From the NCBI GenBank assembly GCA_036268875.1, contig DATATI010000034.1, positions 25,875-89,874 on the forward strand: a stretch of 64,000 nucleotides of DNA, written 5' to 3'. Positions 29,222 through 39,668 of this stretch are shown piece after piece; the stretch's first letter is position 1, and the number at the start of each line of letters is the position of its first letter. The notes under the pieces were generated by a model. The model was given only the letters and a program-made list of their open reading frames with translations, made no database searches and was not told the DNA's origin. Made by a program: the position numbers and the translations under genes. The DNA is from Polyangia bacterium. Lineage in GTDB: Bacteria > Myxococcota_A > Polyangia > Fen-1088.

Positions 29222-30431
29222 CCGACGCCGGGGGCAGCGACCGTCGAACCACCGCGATCACCGCGATCAACAGCGCGATGCCCACGCCGCCGGCCGCGGC
29301 GTCAAACAGCAGCATCCTCAGCGCACCGAATCTGTCCGCCGCCCATCCGTCCACGCGGGTCATGTACCAGATGGGAATGTTCGAGAGCGAAGCGAAGACG
29401 TTGTACTTGGTCGAGGCGGCGCCTCCGCCGATCACCTCCAGAACAAAGCCGGTGAACGTGCCATAGCAAAGGCCGCTGGCGAACGAGTAGGCGATACACA
29501 GCACGGAATAAGTGGTCGGCGTCTGGGGGACAAACGCGATGCCCAGGGCCACCAGGGCCAGGATCGCGCTCGACGCCCCGTAGGCCATCTTGCGATCCAT
29601 GGCGTCGGACAGCCGCCCAGCCGCCAGACAGCCAGCGATCATGATGACGCCGGACAACCATCCATTCATCAGCTCGACCAGATTGGACGAGGCGTGCCAC
29701 TCGCGCGCCACCGCCGACAGCAAGTTGCTGGCCGCGCAGGCGCCCAGCGGCAAAAAGCACAACGTCACCGCCACCGCGCCCTGCCGCGACCACAACATTC
29801 GCCACAGCTCGCCGAACAGCGACTTCAGGCGGGCCCGCGCCGGCACGCCGGCCTCGGCCGCTTTTGGTTCCGGCAGCGGAATGAGTGCCAGGCAACAGAC
29901 CATCAAAGCCACCGCCATCACGGCCGGCGCCATCCAAAGCTGCGGCAGCTCGCGCGCCAAACGAAAACCGAGGCCACCGCCCAGCGCGACCCCGCCCAGG
30001 TTGCCGGCCTGCGACCAGGCGGCTGCGCGGCCGCGCTGGGATTCGCCGGTGGCGTTGGCCATGATTCCTTCGGTGGACATGGCCACGAACGCCGACGCCA
30101 CGCTGTTGGTGAACGTAAGCACCTCTAGCAAACCAAGGTTTGCGGGTGCCAACGGTACCAACCCCAGCGACGCCAGCGTCAGCGAGCTGACCGCGTTCCC
30201 CGCCACGTACCACCGCTTGCGCGTGCCCAGCACGTCGACCAGCGGTGCCCACAAGAACTTGTAGGTCTGCGGCAACACCGTCATCGCCGCCAGCGCGCCG
30301 AACGACGCCACGGAGATGCCGTGCTCGGCGGCGAGAAATCCCAGCGCCACGGACACGTAACCGGAGGGCGCGCCGAAGGGCAGAAACAAGATGAAATACA
30401 GCAGCGGGTGCGCCCGGCGACCGATGCTCAC
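29199..30431 (-). CDS. MFS transporter
   Basis: 12 TM-helix pattern, 410 aa, MFS loop motifs (GRLSDAMDRK). Confidence 0.75.
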   Translation of the reverse strand: MSIGRRAHPLLYFILFLPFGAPSGYVSVALGFLAAEHGISVASFGALAAMTVLPQTYKFLWAPLVDVLGTRKRWYVAGNAVSSLTLASLGLVPLAPANLGLLEVLTFTNSVASAFVAMSTEGIMANATGESQRGRAAAWSQAGNLGGVALGGGLGFRLARELPQLWMAPAVMAVALMVCCLALIPLPEPKAAEAGVPARARLKSLFGELWRMLWSRQGAVAVTLCFLPLGACAASNLLSAVAREWHASSNLVELMNGWLSGVIMIAGCLAAGRLSDAMDRKMAYGASSAILALVALGIAFVPQTPTTYSVLCIAYSFASGLCYGTFTGFVLEVIGGGAASTKYNVFASLSNIPIWYMTRVDGWAADRFGALRMLLFDAAAGGVGIALLIAVIAVVRRSLPPASVSPPPAS

Positions 30432-30478
30432 CCGGCCACGCTAACACGTTCGCCGCGCGGCGCGGGCGCGGCGCGGGA

Positions 30479-31684
30479 TTAGCGCTGTGCCCGCAAGGTG
30501 CCCAGCATGGCGGTCGAGACGTCACCGAGGAGGTCAATCTTGCGCGAGACGGTGCGGAACCAGGTGCTGGCGTCGATTCCCAAGCCAGCGTCGCCGTCCA
30601 TGAACACCACGCTCTCCATGCGCTGCACCTCGACCGCCGCCGGTGACGTCAGGGCCTGGTGCAGCGCCTGCTCGCCCGCCTGGGGCGCGGTGGCCGAAAA
30701 GATGTGCAGGTACGTCGCCTGCGCGGCGATCAACGACGCCACCGACAGCCGCTGGCCTTGTTCGAAACGATCGCGCAAGAACGCCACCGTCAGCTGCGCG
30801 CGTTCGATTCCTACTTTCTCTTTGGCGTGCAGCAGAACGACGCACGCCAGGGCGTCGTTGCGTGAAACCCCGGCCACCGTCGCGGTCATGTACGCTTCGA
30901 TCGCGCCCAGCAGCGCGGCGTTCAGCGCCGAATACACCTCGATCACCCGCGCCGCCTCCACGCGCGCGCCCACCACCGCGTTGCGGGTGCCGTCGATGGC
31001 GCCCAGCAAGCTGCTGGCGTGCTGGAAACGCCGCTGCACCGCCGCCGGCAGCGCGCCCAGGTCGCGCCCGACGATCTCGAACAGCGCCGCTCGCTGTCGA
31101 TCGGTGCGCTTCCACTGAGCGGTCAATTCGTCGCCCACCAAGTGGCCGCCCGAGCCGACGAACAACGTCGACACGCCACGTTCGCGCTGGGTCTCGTGCA
31201 CCAAACCACCGACCGCGTCGGCCAGCGACAGGAAGGCGGACGCTGCCGCGCCGGCAGCAACCGCATCACCGCCGCCACCGCGCCCGGGCGAGCGAGCCGC
31301 CGCCGCGTCACCGAGAGGATCCTGGCGCATGGTGAAGGCGATCTGCTTCTCGACACACGCCGCGCGTAACACGCCACCGGCGGCCGCCGCCCGCAGCGCG
31401 GATTCAAACGACGCCTCTTCGAACGAATGAACCTGGTACGTCGGCCGCGCGGTCACGATGGTGACCACGCACGCCCCGTCGTCGCGCTCTTCGACAGTGC
31501 CCGCGTCATCGGCGACCAGGCAGAACCGCAAAACGCGAGAAGCATCGGAGCTGGAGAGCGACATGACAGCCAAAACGCCAATTGGCGTACGCCGCTTGAT
31601 CTTGATCGCGGTATGGTTTCCGCGACATTTCCAACTACCTGAATCCGCGTAACTTTCGTTGGGGTGCGATTTCGAAGATCGCAC
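30479..31684 (-). CDS. NIT (nitrate/nitrite-sensing)-like sensor domain protein with about 100-aa N-terminal domain of unknown type
   Basis: Helical C-terminal 250 aa resembling NIT domain (…STWFRTVSRKIDLLGDV…); tentative; start may be internal (MSLSSS at 31562). Confidence 0.4.
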   Translation of the reverse strand: MRSSKSHPNESYADSGSWKCRGNHTAIKIKRRTPIGVLAVMSLSSSDASRVLRFCLVADDAGTVEERDDGACVVTIVTARPTYQVHSFEEASFESALRAAAAGGVLRAACVEKQIAFTMRQDPLGDAAAARSPGRGGGGDAVAAGAAASAFLSLADAVGGLVHETQRERGVSTLFVGSGGHLVGDELTAQWKRTDRQRAALFEIVGRDLGALPAAVQRRFQHASSLLGAIDGTRNAVVGARVEAARVIEVYSALNAALLGAIEAYMTATVAGVSRNDALACVVLLHAKEKVGIERAQLTVAFLRDRFEQGQRLSVASLIAAQATYLHIFSATAPQAGEQALHQALTSPAAVEVQRMESVVFMDGDAGLGIDASTWFRTVSRKIDLLGDVSTAMLGTLRAQR

Positions 31685-31857
31685 TGTCGCGATCGTTTCG
31701 GTCGCAGTCGCGCGACCCGGGTAAAACCGGAAAAGTCATATTCTTCGCGGAGTTCGATTGATCTTTGGGACCACTTGGCCGTTACTAATACGGCTGGTAC
31801 TGAGGGAGTCCCGGGGTGGCATGAGGCGCGCGAGCCTTCCCCAAACGAGAGGATCGT

Positions 31858-32973
<1,116 letters not shown>

Positions 32974-33040
32974 AACGCCCCCCGCTCAACGGAACAGCAG
33001 CGGCGCGGACCGATCTGCAAATCGTGCGCGCGAACTTGAA

Positions 33041-34921
33041 TCACGCTTCGGGCGCCGGCGATGGCGGCCGGGGCGCGCCGCCCTCGGCCAGCGCAGGCGC
33101 TCGCTCGCCGCGCGTCTCGCCCTCGGCCGCCCAGGCGCCCTGCGTGCGCTCCAGCGCCGCCTTGTCCTCGGCGAACTGCCTCTCCAGTTGTTCGCGGCCG
33201 GCGCGCGCCGTCGACAGCCGACGCACTTCATCGCCAAAGTGCGGAAGCAATTCTTCCAGCACGCTGACGTTCTGACGGCGAAAGCGATCGGCGCGCTCGC
33301 GCGCTTCGTACGGCGCCACGCCCAGGTGCTCCAGCGCGTGGCGGCCGCTGCGCAGGGCCGACTCGAACGTCTCTCGCTCGACGGCGCGCACGCCGCGCTT
33401 GCGCAGCTCGACCCAGTGACTGATGTTGCGGGCGCGGGCCACGATGTGCAGGCGGGGGAAGTTTTCCCGCACCAGATCGACCAGCTTGGCGCTGGACGCT
33501 GGATCGTCGATGGCTAGCACCAGCAGCTTGGCCTGCGCCGCGCCGGCGGCGTGCAGGAGATCCAAGCGGGTGGCATCGCCGTAGAAGATGCGAAACCCAA
33601 ACTTGCGCATCGTCTCGATCTGGTCGGCGTCGTGATCAAGCACGGTGGCCCGCAACCCCGAGGCGAACAGCAAGCGTCCGATGATCTGACCAAAGCGTCC
33701 GAAGCCGGCGATGATCACCGGCGCGCCATCGTGCTCGACCGCGTCGGCCGGCCGCTCTTTCGCCGTGACGCGCACGATCTGATCGTGCAAGAGCAGCAGC
33801 AACGGCGTCAGCGCCATCGACAGCGCCACCACCAGCGTGAGAATGGCGTCCCAGGCGCCCGGCAGCAGGTGCGCCTGCCCGGCCACGCCGAACACGACGA
33901 AGGCGAACTCGCCGCCTTGGGCCAGCAGCGCGGCGAACAGCCAGCGATCGGGCGCGGTCACGCCCAGCGGGCCGGCCACCAGCCGCAGGGCCAGCCCTTT
34001 CAAAAACAGCAGCGCCAAAACCAGCGCGATGATCAGGCGCGGCTCGCTGGCCACCAGGGCAAAGTCGATGGACATGCCGACGGCGATGAAGAACAGACCC
34101 ATCAAGAGGCCCTTGAAGGGCTCGATGTCCGTCTCCAGGGCGTGGCGATATTCCGATCCGGCCAGCAGCACGCCGGCCAGGAACGCGCCCAGGGCCATGG
34201 AGATCCCGGCGGCGTTCATGATCTGCGCGATGCCCACCACCAGCAGCAGCGAGAACCCGGTGAAGACCTCGCGCAGACCGGTGCGGGCCACCATGCGCAA
34301 GAGCGGCCGCGTGAGGTACCGCCCCAAGACCACCACCGCCGCCACCGCGCCCAGCACGCGCAATCCGCCCCACCACCCGTGCGAGCCCGTGGCGCCCGGC
34401 GCCGCCGGCGCCAGCAAAGGCACGAGCGCGATCAGCGGGATGGCCGCGATGTCTTGAAACAGCAGCACGGAGAACGACGTCGCGCCGGTGGGCGAAGTCA
34501 GCATCCCGCGTTCACGCATGGTCTGCACGGCGATCGCCGTCGACGACAGCGACAGCGCCAGCCCGGCGACCAGCGCGCCTTGCCACGGCAACCCGACCAG
34601 CAAACCACCGCCGGCCAGCAGCACCCCGCAGGCCGCCATCTGCGCCGAGCCGCCCCCGAACACCGGCCGGCGCATGGCGAACAGCCGCTTGGGATCCAGT
34701 TCCAGGCCGATGAGAAAAAGCATCAGCACCACGCCGAACTCGGCGAAGTGCAGGATCGATTTCACGTCGCTGACCAACCCCAGCCCGAACGGCCCGATGG
34801 CGCAGCCGGCGATGAGATACCCCAGCACCGAGCCCAGACGCAGGCGGCTGGCCAGCGGCACGAAGACCACCGCCGCGCCCAGGTACACCATCACTTCGAA
34901 CATCAGGCTGTGCTCATGCAT
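33041..34921 (-). CDS. kefC: glutathione-regulated K+ efflux antiporter KefB/KefC (CPA2 + RCK/TrkA-N)
   Basis: MHEHSLMFEVMVYLGAAVVFVPLASRLRLGSVLGYLIAGCAIGPFGLGLV N-terminus; RCK domain GFGRFGQIIG; start at MHEHSL (track ORF 35209 is an upstream extension). Confidence 0.85.
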   Translation of the reverse strand: MHEHSLMFEVMVYLGAAVVFVPLASRLRLGSVLGYLIAGCAIGPFGLGLVSDVKSILHFAEFGVVLMLFLIGLELDPKRLFAMRRPVFGGGSAQMAACGVLLAGGGLLVGLPWQGALVAGLALSLSSTAIAVQTMRERGMLTSPTGATSFSVLLFQDIAAIPLIALVPLLAPAAPGATGSHGWWGGLRVLGAVAAVVVLGRYLTRPLLRMVARTGLREVFTGFSLLLVVGIAQIMNAAGISMALGAFLAGVLLAGSEYRHALETDIEPFKGLLMGLFFIAVGMSIDFALVASEPRLIIALVLALLFLKGLALRLVAGPLGVTAPDRWLFAALLAQGGEFAFVVFGVAGQAHLLPGAWDAILTLVVALSMALTPLLLLLHDQIVRVTAKERPADAVEHDGAPVIIAGFGRFGQIIGRLLFASGLRATVLDHDADQIETMRKFGFRIFYGDATRLDLLHAAGAAQAKLLVLAIDDPASSAKLVDLVRENFPRLHIVARARNISHWVELRKRGVRAVERETFESALRSGRHALEHLGVAPYEARERADRFRRQNVSVLEELLPHFGDEVRRLSTARAGREQLERQFAEDKAALERTQGAWAAEGETRGERAPALAEGGAPRPPSPAPEA

Positions 34922-35480
34922 CGGCGCCTCCCGCGGACGAACCGAGCGCGACCAGACGCTGCAGGCGCTGGCGATAGTCGGTAGCGGCGGCCTGCAGCTC
35001 GGCGTCGCCGATGCGGTGGGCGCCGTGCACCACCACTGGTGGATCAACCCAGCGCATGCCGCAAAACCGCGCGGTCTGCGAAACCGCGGGAACGAACGCT
35101 TCGAACGGATGGCCGTGTATCTGCCCGGGCGCGTACGCTCCCTCGGGCGCGCCGGTGGTGGTCGCCCACAGCACCGTCTTGCCGCGCACCGCGGTGCCGC
35201 CCGCACCATAGGCCCAGCCGTGCGCCAGCACCTTTTCGATCCACAGGTGCAGCAGCGACGGCAGACCGTACCAGTAAAACGGGCTTTGCCAGACGATCAG
35301 ATCGGACGCCCGCAATGCCTCGCGCTCGGCCTCGACGTCGACGGAAAAATCGGGATAAAGGTGGTAAAGGCTGCGCACCCTAACGCCCGGCAGATCGCGC
35401 ACCGCCGCCAGCAGCACGCGGCCGGCGCGCGAACGATCCGGATACGGGTGCGCGTAGATGAGGTTGACCGGCCGGGACAC
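34914..35480 (-). CDS. kefG: KefG/KefF-type NAD(P)H-dependent oxidoreductase, K+ efflux ancillary subunit
   Basis: Flavodoxin-like-fold NAD(P)H oxidoreductase pattern (NLIYAHPYPDRS...DLIVWQSPFYWY...); GTG start at VSRPVNLIY; stop overlaps kefC start; track 426-aa ORF is read-through. Confidence 0.6.
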   Translation of the reverse strand: MSRPVNLIYAHPYPDRSRAGRVLLAAVRDLPGVRVRSLYHLYPDFSVDVEAEREALRASDLIVWQSPFYWYGLPSLLHLWIEKVLAHGWAYGAGGTAVRGKTVLWATTTGAPEGAYAPGQIHGHPFEAFVPAVSQTARFCGMRWVDPPVVVHGAHRIGDAELQAAATDYRQRLQRLVALGSSAGGADA

Positions 35481-35556
35481 CGGCGGAGCATACGGCAGTT
35501 CGGCGGGCGCACCAGCGCAGCGATCAGCGACCGGGACGCGCCGACGATCCGGAGAA

Positions 35557-36891
35557 TCAGCGACGAGGACGGCGCGACCGCGTCCACGCGCCCACGACAA
35601 AAGCCAGGACCAACCAGGCGCGGCCGCTGTTCGCGACCCGACCGGCGGACCCGACCGCGCAGCCGACCGCGCCGGAGATCCCGTTGCGGTTCGGCGGCGT
35701 GGGCACCGGCGCCACGCCACCGTCGGCGTTCCCGCTGTTGCCGCTGCCGGGATCGGGCACACCACCGCGGCCGTCCGGATCAAAGGCGCCGCCGCTGCCG
35801 CTGCCGGGATCCATCGCACCGCCGCTGCCGCCCGGATCACCCGCGCCGCCCGCGCCGCCCGCACCGCCGCTGCCACTGGCGCCGCCGCTGCTGCTGCCAC
35901 CCGATCCCGAGCCGCCGCGGCCACCGCTGCCGGCGACGGGAGCGTCCGGCGGTGCGCCTCCGTCGACGGTGGCCGCGCAACTGTTCGCCGCGCGCGTGGT
36001 CGCCGCCAGCGGACAAGATGTGACGTCCACGCCGATTCCCGCTTGCAGCGCGCCGCTGTCTGGATAGGTGGCGTCGGCGCCGGCGGTGGTGGACAAGAAA
36101 AAGTACGGATGGCAGCCAACGGCCAGGGACATTTTGGTCTCGTAGGCGCCGCGCGCCGCGGTCCCGTGTGCCAAGCCCAGCAGGTTGCAAACACCGTCGA
36201 CGACCACCGCGATGCGGGTCGGCGCGGCGCCGCCCGCGTCGTAGTACGTGGTGCCGAAGGTGGTGGCGCCGCCAGCGGCGATCATCCCGGGGAAATGAAT
36301 GCCGTCGCAGAGACGCGGGTGGGTGACCGGCGTGCCGATGAAGTCCTGCGTCCAGTAGTTCTGAAAGGCCGTCCCGCCCGGGACGAACCCGTTGCCCAGC
36401 AGCGTGAACTTCGCCGAGAAGATGTTGTCGCGATGACCGGTCTCGCCAGCGGCGGCCCCGATCTCGTAGATCCAGTTGTGAATGGCGATGAACCCGTCGC
36501 TGACCGACTTGCCGGCCGAGATGTTCTCGCCGATCTCCATCCACGGACCGGTGTAATACATCTCCACGCGGGCGAAGGCGTCCGTGCCGTCGCACGAATT
36601 GTGCTGAAAACAAGGGGTATCGTGCATGTCCTGCGAATGGGTGCGGGCCGAATGATTCAGATCGACCTGCCACAGCAACGGTGGTTGCGCTGGGTACGTC
36701 GGCCAGCCCTCGGCGGTGGGATCGGTGCGCGCGCGGTTGGTGGCGTAAAGGGCCACGCGTTCGTCGTAGTTCGGGTAGTCACCCGACGGCAGGCCCAGCG
36801 AGGCACGCACGACGTCGATGGCGGGCGTCCCGCGATCGCAGCCGGCAATCAACAACCAAGCGGCGGGCGCGGCCAAGAACAAACGGCGCAC
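35557..36891 (-). CDS. CAP (SCP/PR-1-like) domain lipoprotein with Gly-rich region and MYXO-CTERM-like C-terminal tail
   Basis: Lipobox LLIAGCD; CAP motifs (NRARTDPTAEGW, HSQDM, GHRDNIF, HNWIYE); C-terminus GCAVGSAG...WLVLAFVVGAW-TRSRRPRR resembles MYXO-CTERM. Confidence 0.65.
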   Translation of the reverse strand: MRRLFLAAPAAWLLIAGCDRGTPAIDVVRASLGLPSGDYPNYDERVALYATNRARTDPTAEGWPTYPAQPPLLWQVDLNHSARTHSQDMHDTPCFQHNSCDGTDAFARVEMYYTGPWMEIGENISAGKSVSDGFIAIHNWIYEIGAAAGETGHRDNIFSAKFTLLGNGFVPGGTAFQNYWTQDFIGTPVTHPRLCDGIHFPGMIAAGGATTFGTTYYDAGGAAPTRIAVVVDGVCNLLGLAHGTAARGAYETKMSLAVGCHPYFFLSTTAGADATYPDSGALQAGIGVDVTSCPLAATTRAANSCAATVDGGAPPDAPVAGSGGRGGSGSGGSSSGGASGSGGAGGAGGAGDPGGSGGAMDPGSGSGGAFDPDGRGGVPDPGSGNSGNADGGVAPVPTPPNRNGISGAVGCAVGSAGRVANSGRAWLVLAFVVGAWTRSRRPRR

Positions 36892-36922
36892 GCTTTGATC
36901 AGACTCCTCGGGCGGGCCGGCG

Positions 36923-37486
36923 TCAAGGCGCGGACGCGGCGGCGCGCGCCGGAAACCGCACCGCCATGATCGACGCCGCCGGGGCGCGCCCGACGGTCAG
37001 CAGCACGCCGTCGCGCGGCTGTTCCTGCACCAGCTCGACCAGCGACGCCGACAAGAACGCCGCCGCCACCCGGGCCATGGCGGTGTCGCTGGCGGTGGCA
37101 TCGGCGGCGATCAGGCGGCCGCCCGGGCGCAGCAACGGGGCCAGCGCGTGCAACCAGGCGCTGGCGGCGGCGGCTTCCAGGCCGGCGACGTTCTCGACGA
37201 TCAACACCGTCACCGAACGCGGGCGCAGCGGCAGCTCGGCGCCGGCCAGGGCTATTTCGAAGGGGCGGCCGGCGCGACCGGTGCGGCGGCGAGTGCGCTT
37301 GACGCCGGGGCGATCGAGATCTTCCACCAGCATCAGCGCCGGGAACGCCGCTGACAAAGTCTCGCCCAACCACAGCGGGCCGGACACCACAGCGGGCGCT
37401 TGAACAGTCGGCGCGCCGGCCCAGCGTACGATGGCCGACAGACACGCCGCGCTGCCGAGAGGTCCCGACAGAAGAGGTCCGCGCAT
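36923..37486 (-). CDS. hypothetical protein
   Basis: Chosen over R-rich antisense ORF; no recognisable domain. Confidence 0.3.
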   Translation of the reverse strand: MRGPLLSGPLGSAACLSAIVRWAGAPTVQAPAVVSGPLWLGETLSAAFPALMLVEDLDRPGVKRTRRRTGRAGRPFEIALAGAELPLRPRSVTVLIVENVAGLEAAAASAWLHALAPLLRPGGRLIAADATASDTAMARVAAAFLSASLVELVQEQPRDGVLLTVGRAPAASIMAVRFPARAAASAP

Positions 37487-37519
37487 GCGAAGAAACCTAC
37501 CACGGTGTAAATCTTATCC

Positions 37520-39634
37520 ATGAGGTTCTGCGTGCCGCTGACGCTGGCGGAGCCGGCGGCGCCACCGTCGGACGACGACGGCACCGACTGGGGCGGCAAG
37601 GCGCGCTCGCTGGTGCGGCTGGCGGCGGCGGGCCTGCCCGTGCCACCCGCTTTCGTGGTCGGCGCGTCGCTGTTCCGGGCCATGCGGGCATCCGGGCCAA
37701 CGCTGCCGGCGCGAATTGATAGCGACGGTGGGCTGATCGCGCTGGATCGCGCGCGGGCAGCGCTGCAAGCGGCGGCTTTTCCCGACGGGTTCAGTGACGA
37801 GCTGCGCGCGCAGTTGCGGCGCATCGATGCCACACCGGGCGCGCGCTGGTCGGTGCGTTCGTCCTTCACCAGCGAAGACCAGCCGGGCGCGCTGGCGGCG
37901 GGTTTGTTTCAGTCAGTGCTCGACGTGGCGACGGACGACGTGGCGGCGGCGATCCGGACCGTGCTGGGGTCAGCGCTGCAACCGGCGGCGCTGCTGTACG
38001 CGCGAAGGCGACGGATCACCGGCGATGCCGCGGCGATGGCGGTGCTGGTGCATCCGTACGTGGCGCCCCAGGTGTCCGGCAGCGCGGCGTATGATCCAGC
38101 CGCCGGCGCGGCGCCGATCATCGACGGGCCAGAAATAAAATTGGCCACGGCGGCGCGCGCGGCGATCGACGCGGCGGTGCGCGCGCTGGCCGCTGCGCAC
38201 GGCGCGGTCGAGATCGAATGGGTGGTCCAGGCCTGCGAAATCGTGTTTCTGCAAATGCGGCCGTTCGCGGCCGGCGCAGAGGCTCCCCGGTGGCCTGGAT
38301 CGTCGGCGCTGGGCGACGGCGATTGGCGCTGGGACGCCAGCCACAACCCCGCGCCGCTGTCGCCCGCCCAGGCGGGATTGATCCGCCTCGTCGACGAACG
38401 TTGTCGCATTGGTCTTCGCCAACGGGTGGTCGGCGGATATCTTTTTTACAACACATTGACGACGGCGACCACGGACGCGGCGGCGACTTTAGCCGATCGG
38501 TTGGCGGCAACCCGCGACGCGGTCGATCGGACGCTGGCGGCGTTGCCCAAGACGCCCAGCCTGGAGTCAGCGCTGGAGGCATTCGTTTCGCTGTATCAGA
38601 TCATCTTCGGTGACTTGCAACCGGCGGCGCGCGCGGCCCGGCAGGCGTTGCGGGCATTCATGGACGCCCACGGAACCACCGACGACGCCACGCTGGCGAC
38701 GCTGCTGGACGACGTTCCCTCGGTCGCCAGCGAGCGGCGCGCCCTGGCCGAGCGCGTTCGCGGCGCGCCGACCGACGACGCGCGCGCCCACGCCCTGGCC
38801 GCCTACCTTGAACGCTTCGGTGACGAGGCGGCCGTCTGGGACGTGGCCGCGCCAACGTTCGCCGAGGACACGGCGTTGCTGGACCTTCGCCGCGCCCGTG
38901 AAGTCGCTGGCGTGCCCGGCGATCGTTCGAAGACCACCGCCGCCACCCTGGGCGCGGCCTTGCCGGCGGCAGACCGCCCCCGTTTCGATCACTTGCTCGG
39001 GCAAGCCCGCGAGGCCGTCGCCGCCGGCGAGGAAGACGATCACCTGTACGCACGCGTGCAAGCGACCGTGCGGCGCGCGCTTTTGCGCGAGGGGCGACGG
39101 TTGCGCGACGCGGGCGTCCTGGCCGCCGCCGCCGACGTCTTCTGGTTGCCGCTGCAAACCGTCCGCGACCAAGCGGCCGGGGCGGCGACGCTTGGTTTTC
39201 GTGAAGCCGCCGCGCGTGTCGCCCAGACTCGCGCCGCTGACGAAGCCGCGCGGGCCCACCCACCGCCGGTGGTGCCCACGGGTCGGCGCCCGACGATCGC
39301 TGGCGATCTGCTGCTGCGCGGCCTGCGCGGCGCCGGCGGCCGCGTGGTCGGACGCGCGTTCATCTATCCCGATCCGAGCGGCGCCAAACCCGACGACGGC
39401 TGCATCCTGGTCGCCCGCACCTTGCTGCCCACCGAGCTGCCGCTGCTGTCAGCCGTCGGCTTGATCACCGAAACCGGCGGCGTCCTGGGCCACGTCGCCG
39501 CCCAGGCCCGCGAACGCCGCATCCCGGCCGTGGTCAGCGCGGCCGGCGCCTGTGCCCGTCTGCACACCGGCGATCGGGTGCTGGTCGACGGCGACAGCGG
39601 AACGGTGCTGGTTCTCGCCGGCGATATATATTGA
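37520..39634 (+). CDS. PEP-utilizing enzyme family protein: PPDK_N ATP-grasp + C-terminal phosphohistidine swivel domain (rifampicin-phosphotransferase-like architecture, no TIM-barrel PEP domain)
   Basis: N-terminal GGKARSLVRLAAAGLPVPPAFVV (PEP/pyruvate-binding ATP-grasp), C-terminal TETGGVLGHVAAQARERRIPAVV (mobile His domain). Confidence 0.75.
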   Translation: MRFCVPLTLAEPAAPPSDDDGTDWGGKARSLVRLAAAGLPVPPAFVVGASLFRAMRASGPTLPARIDSDGGLIALDRARAALQAAAFPDGFSDELRAQLRRIDATPGARWSVRSSFTSEDQPGALAAGLFQSVLDVATDDVAAAIRTVLGSALQPAALLYARRRRITGDAAAMAVLVHPYVAPQVSGSAAYDPAAGAAPIIDGPEIKLATAARAAIDAAVRALAAAHGAVEIEWVVQACEIVFLQMRPFAAGAEAPRWPGSSALGDGDWRWDASHNPAPLSPAQAGLIRLVDERCRIGLRQRVVGGYLFYNTLTTATTDAAATLADRLAATRDAVDRTLAALPKTPSLESALEAFVSLYQIIFGDLQPAARAARQALRAFMDAHGTTDDATLATLLDDVPSVASERRALAERVRGAPTDDARAHALAAYLERFGDEAAVWDVAAPTFAEDTALLDLRRAREVAGVPGDRSKTTAATLGAALPAADRPRFDHLLGQAREAVAAGEEDDHLYARVQATVRRALLREGRRLRDAGVLAAAADVFWLPLQTVRDQAAGAATLGFREAAARVAQTRAADEAARAHPPPVVPTGRRPTIAGDLLLRGLRGAGGRVVGRAFIYPDPSGAKPDDGCILVARTLLPTELPLLSAVGLITETGGVLGHVAAQARERRIPAVVSAAGACARLHTGDRVLVDGDSGTVLVLAGDIY

Positions 39635-39668
39635 CGGCCATACAATTGTCGCGCCGCGCGCGCGCCGA

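Noticed and set aside
35458-36969. 503-aa plus-strand ORF
   Set aside because: Antisense to the CAP-domain lipoprotein, which has clear motifs; the plus-strand translation is an Arg/Ala/Gly low-complexity run.
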